Source: Eubacterium sp.
GTDB taxonomy: Bacteria; Bacillota; Clostridia; Lachnospirales; Lachnospiraceae
DNA length: 64,000 bases
Direction: 5' to 3'
NCBI GenBank assembly: GCA_022794015.1
Contig: JAAWDZ010000025.1
Span: 1,249 to 65,248, forward strand
Shown here: piece by piece, positions 18,200-28,687 of the stretch
How positions within the stretch are numbered: the stretch's first letter is position 1
Layout of the letters: each line of letters starts with the position of its first letter
Program-made: the position numbers and the translations under genes
Notes under the pieces: generated by a model
What the model saw: the letters and a program-made list of their open reading frames with translations, nothing else
Told to the model about the DNA's origin: nothing
The model's database searches: none

Positions 18200-21100
18200 A
18201 TGAAAATCAAACGATGTATGGCATTTGTTTTGTCAGCGGTTCTGACAGTGGCAGGACTGCCGGTCTCTGCTACCGCGGCGCCGACGGATGCAAACGGGGA
18301 AATTGGCAGAAACCAGGAGATTGTATATGTGGAACCCGCGCAGGAAACAGAGGATCTTTTGGGAAACCTGCCGGGTAACGGCGAATTGTTCCAGATGTAT
18401 GTGGACGGATTATTTTTTGGGAATCCATCTGTATCGGTATACGGGGATTTTGGAGCGCAGAAGCTTGAGGGGCTCAATTTAGAGGCATACCGGCATTTAA
18501 AGGAAAAAATCCATCAAATTGCAATGGGAGAAGCAGCAAGTTCCCAGATTACAATAACTTTGGAAGAGCTTGGGATTACGAAGAGAGAATGGACAGCAGA
18601 AGAGCTTGGGGTAGCGTCGATTGTAACAGACAAAGCCATTACGCAGGAGGCAGTCAATGCCCTGAGCAAACTGATTTCCCCCGATTTGAGGACGGTTTTA
18701 AACTATTTGCTCGTGGATTGTCCCTGGGATTTGTATTGGTATGATAAGACAGCTCCTACCGGTTCAAGCAGTGGTATGTCAGTCAAGGCTACTAACACAG
18801 ATGGAACCTGGCTGTTGTACCTGCCAGAGGATTTTACAGGGTTTACTTATGATTTCCCGGTTGCGGCAGAATACAGGGCTTCCTCAGAAAACCTGTATTC
18901 AGTAAATACTGATTTGGTTCAGTCGGCAAAGACTGCCGCAGAAAACGCAAAGCAGATTGTAAGAGAAAATGCCGGCTTAAATGATTTTCAAAAGCTGACG
19001 GCCTATAAGGACAAGATATGCGAGCTGGTTTCCTATAACCATCAGGCTGTGGATACAAATGCCGCATATGGAAATCCCTGGCAGCTGATATGGGTGTTTG
19101 ACGGAAATCCGGATACTGGCGTAGTATGTGAGGGATATTCCAAAGCATTTCAGTATCTGTGCGATCTGTCTGATTTTAACAACAGCAGCGTTGCATGCTA
19201 TACGGTTACCGGAATAATGAACGGAGGAACGGGAGCCGGAGGACATATGTGGAACATTGCTACAATGGGCAATGGGAAAAACTATATTGTGGATGTGACG
19301 AACTGCGATACAGATACGATCGGCGCACCGGACCATTTGTTTTTGGCAGGGGCGTCCGGCGGTGTGTCAGGCGGATATGCAGTATCCATTCCTGGCGGCA
19401 ATGTTACCATCCGTTATGAATATGATAATGGGCATCCTGAAATGTACGGGGATGTTCTGAATATTTCTGACACAGATTATGTATATGATCCGTCCCATGA
19501 AGATAATTGTCCAAATCATCACCTGGACTCGGTGGCAGAGCGTCCGGCATCCTGTACGGAGGATGGGAATATTGCGTATTACATCTGCCAGGCATGCCAG
19601 AAGGTGTATAGCAGCGCGGATGGAACAGGAGAAATCCGTGTGGAGGATACAGTGGCGCCGGCTCTTGGACATAACTATGGTACAGAATGGGATAGCAGCG
19701 CAGATACGCATTACCATGTGTGCAGCCGGTGTCAGGACAGAGCAGACGAAGCGGAACATGTTTTTGAATGGGTAACGGATACGGAACCGACTGAAACAAC
19801 CGCAGGAACCAGGCATGAAGAATGTAGCGTATGCGGACGCCAGGGAAGGCAGGAAACCATCGATCCGCTTCCTCATGAGCATACATACAGTGAGGTTTAT
19901 GAATCGGATGAGACAGGCCACTGGAAAATATGCGAAGCGTGCCAGAGCGCGACGGAAACAGAAGCGCATGAATATGGAGACTGGACAGTAAAGAAAGAGG
20001 GAAGCTGTACAGAACCAGGGCAGGAAGCAAGGACATGCGGTACCTGCGGATATGAAGAAACAAGGGAAATCGGGGCGCGGCATGAAATAGAGGCAATACA
20101 GGCGAAAGAGCCAACCTGTACAGAAGCCGGGAACCAGGCATATTTCAGCTGTAAAAACTGCGGCCAGGTATTTGAAGATGAAGAAGGAAAAAATGCAGCC
20201 GAACAGGAAGCGTTTGAGATTCCCGCAACCGGGCACGATTATGGTACAGAATGGGGCAGTGATGAAACCGGGCACTACCATATCTGCAAAACATGTAATG
20301 AAAAAACAGGGGCAGAGGAGCATACATTCCGGTGGATTGTAGACATAGAGCCGACAGAAACGACAGAGGGAACCAGGCATGAAGAATGTAGCGTATGCGG
20401 ATACCGGGGACGGGAAGAAACAATAGAAAAGCCGCTTCCGCATGATCATGAATATGGCGAATCGTATGAATCGGATGAGACGGGCCACTGGAAAATATGT
20501 GAAGTGTGTCAGAAAGCAACGGAAACAGAAGCGCATGAATATGGAGACTGGACAGTAAAGAAAGAGGGAAGCTGTACAGAACCGGGACAGGAAGCAAGGG
20601 CATGCGGTACCTGCGGATATGAAGAAACAAGGGAAATCGGGGCGCGGCATGAAATAGAGGCAATACAGGCGAAAGAGCCAACCTGTACAGAAGCCGGGAA
20701 CCGGGCATATTTCAGCTGTAAAAACTGCGGCCAGGTATTTGAAGATGAAGAAGGAAAAAATGCAGCCGAACAGGAAGCGTTTGAGATTCCCGCAACCGGG
20801 CACAAGTATGGTGAATGGATAATTGATTCGCCGCAGACCTGTACACAGCCTGGAACCCGTCACAGAGTCTGCAGTATGTGCGATTATGTGGATACAGGAT
20901 ACATAGCGGCAGACGGTCATGACTGGGAAGAGTATTACGGAATAGATGTCCCCGCTACCTGTACGACAAGCGGAAGCCAGTCCAGGAGTTGTAAAAGCTG
21001 TGGGGAAACAGACGTGAAAGTTATTCCTGCAGCAGGTCACAGCATGAAAAAGACAGAGGCCAAAGAGGCGACCTGTACAGAGACTGGAAACGTGGAATAC

Positions 21101-21799
21101 TATACATGTCTGGCATGCAGAAAGATATTTTTGGATGCACAGGGAGAACAGGAAGCAACGGAAACAGGCATCATAAATACGCCAAAGATTTCGCATCTGT
21201 ATGAAATCATTACGACATCGGCAACAACCGAGCGGGATGGCTCATCTTACAGAAAATGTACGGTCTGCGGCAGTGTAGCAGAAACACAAGCCATATTCTG
21301 CCCTCAAACTGTTACTCTGTCATATGTAACCTGTACTTACAACGGAAAAGCGAAAAAGCCGTCTGTTACGGTTTATGACAGAAAAGGAAATGTGATTTCA
21401 CCAGAGTCCTATACCGTATCCTACAGTAAAAATAAAAATGTGGGGACGGCTGTGGTTCGGGTGGTCTTCCAGGGAAATTACAGCGGAATCGTAACGAGAA
21501 CATTTGCAATCCGGACAAAAGGGACGACCATTCTTAAATTAAAGTCTGTCTCCAAAGGGTTCACGGTAACCTGGAAAAAGAATAAAAATCAGACGACCGG
21601 ATATCAGATTCAGTATGCAGCGAATAAAAACTTTAAGGGTGCAAAGGTAAAGACGTATGAAGGCGTTACAAAAGCGACAGTTGTAAAGCTGAAGGCGAAG
21701 AAGAAATATTATGTACGGATACGGACTTATAAAAAAGTAGATGGAGTGAGGATTTATTCTGACTGGTCGAAGGCAAAGAGCGTGAAAACGAAAAGATGA
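18200..21799 (+). CDS. Exported transglutaminase-like protein with Cys/His-rich repeats and a C-terminal FN3-like domain
   Basis: Signal peptide; Cys-His-Asp triad (VVCEGYSKAF, GHMWN, IVDVT); many CxxC/PTCT/H repeats; Lys-rich FN3-like terminus. Confidence 0.85.
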   Translation: MKIKRCMAFVLSAVLTVAGLPVSATAAPTDANGEIGRNQEIVYVEPAQETEDLLGNLPGNGELFQMYVDGLFFGNPSVSVYGDFGAQKLEGLNLEAYRHLKEKIHQIAMGEAASSQITITLEELGITKREWTAEELGVASIVTDKAITQEAVNALSKLISPDLRTVLNYLLVDCPWDLYWYDKTAPTGSSSGMSVKATNTDGTWLLYLPEDFTGFTYDFPVAAEYRASSENLYSVNTDLVQSAKTAAENAKQIVRENAGLNDFQKLTAYKDKICELVSYNHQAVDTNAAYGNPWQLIWVFDGNPDTGVVCEGYSKAFQYLCDLSDFNNSSVACYTVTGIMNGGTGAGGHMWNIATMGNGKNYIVDVTNCDTDTIGAPDHLFLAGASGGVSGGYAVSIPGGNVTIRYEYDNGHPEMYGDVLNISDTDYVYDPSHEDNCPNHHLDSVAERPASCTEDGNIAYYICQACQKVYSSADGTGEIRVEDTVAPALGHNYGTEWDSSADTHYHVCSRCQDRADEAEHVFEWVTDTEPTETTAGTRHEECSVCGRQGRQETIDPLPHEHTYSEVYESDETGHWKICEACQSATETEAHEYGDWTVKKEGSCTEPGQEARTCGTCGYEETREIGARHEIEAIQAKEPTCTEAGNQAYFSCKNCGQVFEDEEGKNAAEQEAFEIPATGHDYGTEWGSDETGHYHICKTCNEKTGAEEHTFRWIVDIEPTETTEGTRHEECSVCGYRGREETIEKPLPHDHEYGESYESDETGHWKICEVCQKATETEAHEYGDWTVKKEGSCTEPGQEARACGTCGYEETREIGARHEIEAIQAKEPTCTEAGNRAYFSCKNCGQVFEDEEGKNAAEQEAFEIPATGHKYGEWIIDSPQTCTQPGTRHRVCSMCDYVDTGYIAADGHDWEEYYGIDVPATCTTSGSQSRSCKSCGETDVKVIPAAGHSMKKTEAKEATCTETGNVEYYTCLACRKIFLDAQGEQEATETGIINTPKISHLYEIITTSATTERDGSSYRKCTVCGSVAETQAIFCPQTVTLSYVTCTYNGKAKKPSVTVYDRKGNVISPESYTVSYSKNKNVGTAVVRVVFQGNYSGIVTRTFAIRTKGTTILKLKSVSKGFTVTWKKNKNQTTGYQIQYAANKNFKGAKVKTYEGVTKATVVKLKAKKKYYVRIRTYKKVDGVRIYSDWSKAKSVKTKR
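19520..20810 (+). repeat. Intragenic tandem duplication, unit ~564-567 bp
   Basis: 19952-20236 and 20519-20803 are nearly identical (offset 567 bp); the flanking parts are more diverged. Confidence 0.9.
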
Positions 21800-21824
21800 A
21801 GCCATTTGCATTGTAATCCACCTC

Positions 21825-21853
21825 TTGATTTCTGAATGGAGTTATAGTATATT
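21825..21853 (+). promoter_or_regulatory. Sigma-A promoter upstream of plsX
   Basis: TTGATT-N17-TATATT. Confidence 0.5.
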
Positions 21854-21948
21854 TCTAGATAGGCATACCTTAGACGACCACTCGAAGAGTGTGTCATATG
21901 GGATACCCGGATGGTGTACCTTAAGTGGGATGCAAGGAGGAACATGGA

Positions 21949-22971
21949 ATGCAGGATGGTATAAAGATAGCCGTAGATGCTATGGGCGGAGACAATGCGC
22001 CGCAGGAGATTGTAAAGGGCGCTGTAGAAGCGGTAAGTTTGCGTAAAGATATCCACATTTTTCTTGTGGGGCGTAAGGAGGCGGTGGAACAGGAGTTAAA
22101 AAAATATACTTATCTCCCGGAACAGATTACCGTAGTCCATGCAGAGGAAGTGATCGAAACAGCAGAACCTCCGGTCATGGCGATCCGCAAGAAAAAGCAG
22201 TCATCAATCGTTATTGGCATGAATATGGTGAAACAAAAGGAGGCGGATGCCTTTGTATCTGCCGGCAGCTCCGGTGCAATTCTGGTAGGCGGTCAGGTAA
22301 TTGTAGGAAGGATCAAGGGTGTGGAGCGTCCGCCGCTTGCGCCACTTATTCCGACGGAAAAAGGTGTAGCCCTGTTAATTGACTGTGGTGCGAATGTAGA
22401 TGCAAGACCCTCGCACCTGGTGCAGTTTGCCCGGATGGGATCGATTTATATGCGGCATGTCGTAGGGATCGAGGAGCCGAAGGTCGCGATTGTCAATATC
22501 GGGGCAGAGGAAGAGAAGGGCAATGCTTTGGTCAAAGAGACATTCCCATTGTTAAAAGAGTGTAAAGACATTCATTTTACCGGCAGCATTGAAGCGCGTG
22601 AGATTCCTCACGGGGCTGCGGATGTGATTGTCTGCGAGGCATTTACAGGAAATGTCATTTTAAAATTGTATGAGGGTGTTGGCAGTACATTTTTAAAGAT
22701 TGTAAAAAAAGGGATGATGAGTTCCCTTCGCAGTAAAATCGGAGCGCTGCTGATTAAACCGGCGTTAAAAGAAACTATGAAATCATTTGATGCATCCGCT
22801 TATGGGGGAGCTCCGCTGTTGGGATTAAATGGACTGGTTGTCAAGACACATGGCAGTTCAAAGGCCAGTGAAGTAAAAAATTCTATTATTCAGTGTGTCA
22901 CCTTCAAAGAACAGGACATCAATGGTAAAATAAAAAAGAACATTACGGACTCTACCGGAGGGGATGAGTAG
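21949..22971 (+). CDS. plsX: Phosphate acyltransferase PlsX
   Basis: [40 protein letters not shown]. Confidence 0.97.
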   Translation: MQDGIKIAVDAMGGDNAPQEIVKGAVEAVSLRKDIHIFLVGRKEAVEQELKKYTYLPEQITVVHAEEVIETAEPPVMAIRKKKQSSIVIGMNMVKQKEADAFVSAGSSGAILVGGQVIVGRIKGVERPPLAPLIPTEKGVALLIDCGANVDARPSHLVQFARMGSIYMRHVVGIEEPKVAIVNIGAEEEKGNALVKETFPLLKECKDIHFTGSIEAREIPHGAADVIVCEAFTGNVILKLYEGVGSTFLKIVKKGMMSSLRSKIGALLIKPALKETMKSFDASAYGGAPLLGLNGLVVKTHGSSKASEVKNSIIQCVTFKEQDINGKIKKNITDSTGGDE

Positions 22972-22985
22972 AAAGGAAGCATTTT

Positions 22986-23216
22986 ATGGAATTTGAAAAA
23001 CTAAAACAGATCATTGCAGAGGTATTAAATGTAGATGCAGACGAAATCACGATGGATACGACGTTTGTAGATGACCTTGGTGCGGATTCTCTGGATATTT
23101 TCCAGATCATCATGGGAATCGAAGAGGAATTTGATATTGAAATCCAGAATGAAGAAGCAGAGCAGATTGTAACGGTTGCAGATGCGGCTGAGAAGATCAA
23201 AGCGGCTATGAACTAA
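22986..23216 (+). CDS. acpP: Acyl carrier protein
   Basis: DLGADSLD phosphopantetheine site. Confidence 0.97.
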   Translation: MEFEKLKQIIAEVLNVDADEITMDTTFVDDLGADSLDIFQIIMGIEEEFDIEIQNEEAEQIVTVADAAEKIKAAMN

Positions 23217-23230
23217 TCAAATTCATAGTT

Positions 23231-23274
23231 TAAAAATAGATAAAGCCCTAAAGGCGGGGCTTTGTCTATTTTTA
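23231..23274 (+). terminator. Rho-independent terminator after acpP
   Basis: AAAAATAGATAAAGCCC...GGGCTTTGTCTATTTTT. Confidence 0.8.
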
Positions 23275-23411
23275 TTATATTGTAAAAACCCTCTGGGGGA
23301 TGCGCAGGGTCTGGGTCGTACATCTGGCGAAAAGCAATTTTCAGACACGCTCTGGCGCGGGAGTCTGGCAGACCAGACTCTTTATTTTAACAGAAAAACA
23401 AAAAGGAGGAA

Positions 23412-24143
23412 ATGAGCATGAGCAAGCAGGAGGATTTTCAGAATATTATTGGATACCATTTTAATGATGACAAACTTTTGAGGCAGGCGCTGACACATAG
23501 CTCTTTTGCGAATGAAAAGCATATTAAGAAACATTTGGACAATGAACGGATGGAGTTTTTGGGTGACGCTGTGCTTGAAGTAGTTACCAGCGAATATCTG
23601 TTTTTACATTATCCAGAGCTTTCCGAGGGAGATTTGACGAAATTCCGCGCAAGTCTGGTTTGCGAGCCGACACTGGCTGACTGCGCGCCGCAGATACGGC
23701 TTGGGGATTTTATACTTTTGGGAAGAGGAGAGGATCGCACTGGCGGGCGTAAGCGCAAATCTATTTTGTCGGATGCTTTGGAGGCATTGATCGGTGCAAT
23801 TTATTTAGATGGTGGTCTTACTAATGCAAAAGAGTTTATCCTGAAATTTGTACTGACGGATATTGAGCATAAAAAGCTCTTTTACGATAGCAAGACTATC
23901 CTGCAGGAATACGTCCAGGGGAATTATGACGGAAATTTAAAGTACAATGTCTTAGAAGAGACAGGGCCGGATCATGATAAGAGTTTTACGGTAGAGGCAC
24001 GGATTGGGGACGAAGTGATTGGCATGGGAAAGGGCCATACCAAAAAGGCAGCGGAACAGCAAGCGGCATATCAGGCGCTTTTGAAGTTTAATTCGGAGAA
24101 ATTAAAAGAGCAGATACCTGGGCAGGGGGAAGGATGTATCTAA
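23412..24143 (+). CDS. rnc: Ribonuclease III
   Basis: NERMEFLGDAVL signature and a C-terminal dsRBD. Confidence 0.97.
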   Translation: MSMSKQEDFQNIIGYHFNDDKLLRQALTHSSFANEKHIKKHLDNERMEFLGDAVLEVVTSEYLFLHYPELSEGDLTKFRASLVCEPTLADCAPQIRLGDFILLGRGEDRTGGRKRKSILSDALEALIGAIYLDGGLTNAKEFILKFVLTDIEHKKLFYDSKTILQEYVQGNYDGNLKYNVLEETGPDHDKSFTVEARIGDEVIGMGKGHTKKAAEQQAAYQALLKFNSEKLKEQIPGQGEGCI

Positions 24144-27100
24144 AGAGTATCGAAATGCATGGGTTTAAATCCTTTGCCAATAAAATTGTGCTGGATTTTC
24201 ACAATGGGATTACCGGGATTGTAGGGCCCAATGGCAGCGGTAAGAGCAACGTATCGGATGCGGTACGTTGGGTTTTAGGAGAGCAGAGCGCCAGGCAGCT
24301 GCGCGGATCGAGTATGCAGGACGTTATTTTTTCCGGGACAGAGAACCGTAAGCCTTTAAGCTATGCTTATGTGGCTATTACCATGGACAATTCGGATCAT
24401 ATGCTGGACACCTCTTTTGAAGAGGTGACAGTTGCGAGAAGGGTGTACCGTTCCGGCGAAAGCGAGTATTTGCTGAATGGCGGCGTGTGCCGTCTGAGGG
24501 ATGTACATGAGCTGTTTTACGATACCGGGATTGGTAAGGAAGGGTATTCCATCATTGGCCAGGGGCAGATTGAGAAAATTCTAAACGGCCGTCCAGAGGA
24601 ACGCAGGGAGCTGTTTGACGAGGCGGCAGGCATTGTGAAATACAAAAGAAGAAAAGTTACGGCACAGAAGAAACTGGAAACAGAACGGGAAAACCTGATC
24701 CGGCTGGATGACATTTTAAGTGAGCTGGAACGCCAGGTAGGGCCGCTGAAACGCCAGTCCGAAAAAGCCAGGGAGTATTTGAAGAAAAAAGAAGAATTAA
24801 AACGTTTTGACGTCAATATGTTTCTGCTGGAAATCGGCCGTATTGATACACAGAAGAAGGAAATAGAAGAGAATGAAAAAATTACTGACGCGCAGTTAAA
24901 GGAAACCTCTTCTGTTTACAGCCAGATAAAGGATGAATATGAAAAGATAGAAGCAGTAATGGAACAAGCGGAAACAGAAATTGAAGTGTTGAGGGAGCAG
25001 TTGAACCAGTCGGTTATTTCAAAGGGCAGACTGGAAGGAGAACTGAATGTTTTAAACGAGCAGATCAAAGCTGCAGAGCTTTCGGACGGACATTTTAAGG
25101 ACCGTACCTCAGAAATTAAGCAGGATACACAGGAAAAAAGCCGGCAGAAGGCAGAATATGAAACACAGGAAGCCAGGCTGACAGAACAGCTTTTACGGGT
25201 AGAAGAACGCAGGCAAAAAGCCGAAGAAAAGTTGACAAAACTGCAGGAAGATATCCGCAGCTGCAATGAAGAAATAGAAAAAGGCCAGAATGAGCTGTTG
25301 GATTTGCTGCATCAGAAAGTCAGTATGCAGGCAGAGCAGCAGAAGTACGAAACTATGATTGAGCAGGTCAATATCCGCAAAGCTCAGTTAAACCAACGTC
25401 TTTTGCAGCAAAAAAGTGAAGAATCGGATTTAGACGTTCAGTTAGAGGCACAGGAAAGTATTTTAAAAGAGATACGGGAAGCGATTGCAGAGCTATTGCA
25501 GCAGGAACAAAAGCTTACAGGCCGTCAGGCGGAATGGGAACAAAAGCTAAGGGAAACAGATCAGGCTGTTTCGGAGCAAATGGCCGGATACCACAAAACG
25601 GCTTCCCGCCTGGAATCGCTGCGCAATATCGCCGAGCGTTATGACGGTTATGGCAACAGCATACGCCGCGTGATGGAGCAAAAAGACAAAGAGCCTGGGA
25701 TATTGGGCGTAGTTTCTGATTTGATCAAAGTAGAGAAAAAATATGAAACAGCCATAGAAACGGCCCTTGGCGGCAGTATCCAGAATATCGTCACTGAAGA
25801 TGAACAGACTGCCAAACGGATGATTACATATTTAAAACAGAATCGTTTTGGACGGGCGACTTTTTTGCCGTTGACCTCGGTAAAAGGAAAGGGCGGCATC
25901 AAAACGCCGGAAGCCTTACAGGAGGAGGGCGTGATAGGGCTGGCGCATACACTGGTGCGAAACGACAGGCGTTACGATGGCATTATGGCGCAGCTTTTAG
26001 GACGGGTTGTCGTCGCAGATACCATTGATCACGCGATTGTTCTTGCACAGAAATATCACTATACATTGTTTATTGTTACTTTAGAGGGAGAGTCACTGCG
26101 TCCGGGCGGTTCTATGACAGGAGGAGCTTTTAAAAACAGCAGTAATCTGTTGGGCAGAAACCGGGAAATGGAAGATTTGTCCTTGCAGGTGAAAAAAATA
26201 AAAGAGGCCTTAGAGGCACAAAAAGCGCGCAGAGATGAAATTTTGACTGCGCAGGCGCTTCTGGCAGAGGATTTGGATAAACAAAAGGAGCAGCTTCAGC
26301 AGCAGTATTTATCTGAAAATACGGCAAAATCAGAAGCAGATCGCATTCGCCGGCAAAAAGAAGAAGGCGCGTATGAATGGAAGGAATTGCAGGAGGATCG
26401 GGTTAAATTAGAACAACAGCTTGCAGAGCTTAAGCGTAAACAGGCGCAGGCGTCCGAAGAAATCGAAGCGGCATCGCAGCGGGAAGCAGAGATTGCCGCA
26501 GAAAGCCAGAACTATCAGAAGGAGTTGGATGAAAAAGCGCTTTTGGAGGGCAGCGTCCATAAAGCTTTTTCCGAGGTGCAGATGGAAGAAGCCAATATCC
26601 GCCAGAGAGCAGAATTTACCAGAGAAAATATCCGGCGTGTTACAGAAGAGACAGAAAAGCTAAATCAACAGATAGCAGAGCTTGCGAAAGAAGCCGCAGC
26701 AGCCAGGGAGGCTGCACAGCAGAAAAAGGGCCGCATGGAAGAAATGAAAAAGACGCTTGACGCATCCGGAGAGGAAATCGTTCGTTTAGAGACAGTGTTA
26801 CAGGAAAAGCTTGTACAGAATAAGCAGATGGCCGATGAACAAAAGAGCTTTTTTACGAAACGCGAGGAAATTTCCGGGCGTATGCACGATTTGGACAAGG
26901 AGCTTTTGCGGCTGGGCGGTCAGAAAGAGAAGCTTGATGAGGAAAGAGAACGCCAGGTAAACTATATGTGGGAGGAATATGAGCTGACCTTTCACGCGGC
27001 AAAAGAGCTTTGGAACAGTGCATACGATAATTTAAATGAGCTGAAAAAACTGACGGTACAGCTGAAGGAAGAAATCCGCAGCCTTGGAGATGTCAATGTC

Positions 27101-27694
27101 AATGCAATTGACGAATACAAAGAGGTTTCAGAGCGTTTTGTTTTTTTGAAAACGCAGCATGATGATTTGGTAGAGTCAGAAGCGGCATTGATGGACATCA
27201 TAGACGATTTGGATGCGGGCATGCGCAGGCAGTTTTCGGAAAAATTTGAAGAAATCCGGCAGGAATTTGACCGGGCATTTAAAGAATTATTTGGCGGAGG
27301 AAAGGGTACGCTGGAGTTGGTAGAGGATGAGGATATCCTGGAATGTGGGATTCGGATTATTGCCCAGCCGCCGGGAAAAAAGCTGCAGAATATGGTATTG
27401 CTGTCCGGCGGAGAAAAGTCTTTGACGGCGATTTCACTGTTGTTTGCAATTCAGAACCTGAAGCCGTCGCCGTTTTGTCTGTTAGACGAGATTGAGGCAG
27501 CGTTAGACGATTCGAATGTGGGGCGTTTTGCAAAGTATCTGCATAAGCTGACGAAGGATACGCAGTTTATTGTAATTACACACAGGAGAGGAACCATGGC
27601 GGCGGCAGATCGGCTGTATGGGATTACTATGCAGGAAAAAGGAGTCTCTACGATGGTATCGGTGGATTTGATAGAGGGGGATTTGGTAAAATAA
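24134..27694 (+). CDS. smc: Chromosome segregation protein SMC
   Basis: GPNGSGKSN, coiled coils, hinge [23 protein letters not shown]. Confidence 0.98.
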   Translation: MYLKSIEMHGFKSFANKIVLDFHNGITGIVGPNGSGKSNVSDAVRWVLGEQSARQLRGSSMQDVIFSGTENRKPLSYAYVAITMDNSDHMLDTSFEEVTVARRVYRSGESEYLLNGGVCRLRDVHELFYDTGIGKEGYSIIGQGQIEKILNGRPEERRELFDEAAGIVKYKRRKVTAQKKLETERENLIRLDDILSELERQVGPLKRQSEKAREYLKKKEELKRFDVNMFLLEIGRIDTQKKEIEENEKITDAQLKETSSVYSQIKDEYEKIEAVMEQAETEIEVLREQLNQSVISKGRLEGELNVLNEQIKAAELSDGHFKDRTSEIKQDTQEKSRQKAEYETQEARLTEQLLRVEERRQKAEEKLTKLQEDIRSCNEEIEKGQNELLDLLHQKVSMQAEQQKYETMIEQVNIRKAQLNQRLLQQKSEESDLDVQLEAQESILKEIREAIAELLQQEQKLTGRQAEWEQKLRETDQAVSEQMAGYHKTASRLESLRNIAERYDGYGNSIRRVMEQKDKEPGILGVVSDLIKVEKKYETAIETALGGSIQNIVTEDEQTAKRMITYLKQNRFGRATFLPLTSVKGKGGIKTPEALQEEGVIGLAHTLVRNDRRYDGIMAQLLGRVVVADTIDHAIVLAQKYHYTLFIVTLEGESLRPGGSMTGGAFKNSSNLLGRNREMEDLSLQVKKIKEALEAQKARRDEILTAQALLAEDLDKQKEQLQQQYLSENTAKSEADRIRRQKEEGAYEWKELQEDRVKLEQQLAELKRKQAQASEEIEAASQREAEIAAESQNYQKELDEKALLEGSVHKAFSEVQMEEANIRQRAEFTRENIRRVTEETEKLNQQIAELAKEAAAAREAAQQKKGRMEEMKKTLDASGEEIVRLETVLQEKLVQNKQMADEQKSFFTKREEISGRMHDLDKELLRLGGQKEKLDEERERQVNYMWEEYELTFHAAKELWNSAYDNLNELKKLTVQLKEEIRSLGDVNVNAIDEYKEVSERFVFLKTQHDDLVESEAALMDIIDDLDAGMRRQFSEKFEEIRQEFDRAFKELFGGGKGTLELVEDEDILECGIRIIAQPPGKKLQNMVLLSGGEKSLTAISLLFAIQNLKPSPFCLLDEIEAALDDSNVGRFAKYLHKLTKDTQFIVITHRRGTMAAADRLYGITMQEKGVSTMVSVDLIEGDLVK

Positions 27695-27745
27695 GACCGG
27701 ATAACGGTATATTCCAACAAAATACAAAGAAAGAAGGATCATAAA

Positions 27746-28687
27746 ATGGCCGGGGAAAAAAAAGGTTTTTTTAGCAGGCTGGTAGCGGGCCTGACAAAAA
27801 CGAGGGACAATATAGTATCTGGAATTGATTCGATTTTCAGCGGGTTTTCCAGCATTGATGATGATTTTTATGAGGAAATCGAAGAAATTCTGATTATGGG
27901 AGATTTAGGCGTGAAAGCAACGGGGGAGATTATTGAAAGCCTGAAATCGAAGGTAAAGGAGCAGAGGATAAAGGAGCCTGCTGCCTGTAAACAGCTTTTG
28001 ATCGACAGTATTAAGGAACAGATGCAGGTGGAAGAAACAGCTTACCGTTTTGAGCAGGAGACGTCGGTTGTGCTTGTGATCGGAGTAAATGGCGTGGGCA
28101 AGACAACAACAATCGGCAAGCTGGCGGGCAAGTTAAAGGATCAGGGAAAGAAGGTTGTGATTGCGGCTGCAGATACTTTTCGTGCGGCGGCTGCAGAACA
28201 GCTGGCGGAATGGGCAAACCGTGCCGGCGTAGAGATGATTGGCGGCCAGGAGGGTGCAGATCCGGCGTCTGTGATTTATGATGCCACGGCGTCTGCAAGG
28301 TCTAAGGGCGCAGACGTTTTGCTCTGCGATACAGCGGGAAGACTGCACAACAAGAAAAATCTGATGGAGGAGCTGCGTAAAATTAACCGAATTATTGATA
28401 AGGAATATCCGGGCGCATATCGGGAAACATTAGTAGTACTGGATTCTACGACCGGGCAGAATGCACTGTCGCAGGCAAAGCAGTTCGGCGAGGTGGCAGA
28501 TATTACAGGAATTGTTCTGACCAAGATGGATGGAACGGCAAAGGGGGGGATTGCGGTGGCAATCCAGTCTGAGCTGAATATTCCGGTGAAATATATTGGT
28601 GTAGGAGAAACAATTGACGATTTGCAGAAATTTAATGCAGATGAATTTGTGGACGCGTTGTTTCAAAAAGAGGACGAGAAGGAGTAA
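27746..28687 (+). CDS. ftsY: SRP receptor FtsY
   Basis: GVNGVGKTTTIGKLA, DTFRAAA, DTAGR, TKMDGTAKGG. Confidence 0.98.
   Translation: MAGEKKGFFSRLVAGLTKTRDNIVSGIDSIFSGFSSIDDDFYEEIEEILIMGDLGVKATGEIIESLKSKVKEQRIKEPAACKQLLIDSIKEQMQVEETAYRFEQETSVVLVIGVNGVGKTTTIGKLAGKLKDQGKKVVIAAADTFRAAAAEQLAEWANRAGVEMIGGQEGADPASVIYDATASARSKGADVLLCDTAGRLHNKKNLMEELRKINRIIDKEYPGAYRETLVVLDSTTGQNALSQAKQFGEVADITGIVLTKMDGTAKGGIAVAIQSELNIPVKYIGVGETIDDLQKFNADEFVDALFQKEDEKE

Noticed and set aside
19367-21196. 609-aa antisense ORF (and other shadow ORFs such as 37987..38550 and 33265..34032)
   Set aside because: They lie opposite well-supported genes, have no RBS or recognisable motifs, and are explained by repeats and codon bias.
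19490-21310. Multiheme cytochrome c
   Set aside because: The CxxC motifs are followed by G, Q, N, D or R, not H; there is no CxxCH.
21860-21935. Structured leader or FapR operator upstream of plsX
   Set aside because: Only a short hairpin (CACTC-GAA-GAGTG) and no convincing operator palindrome.
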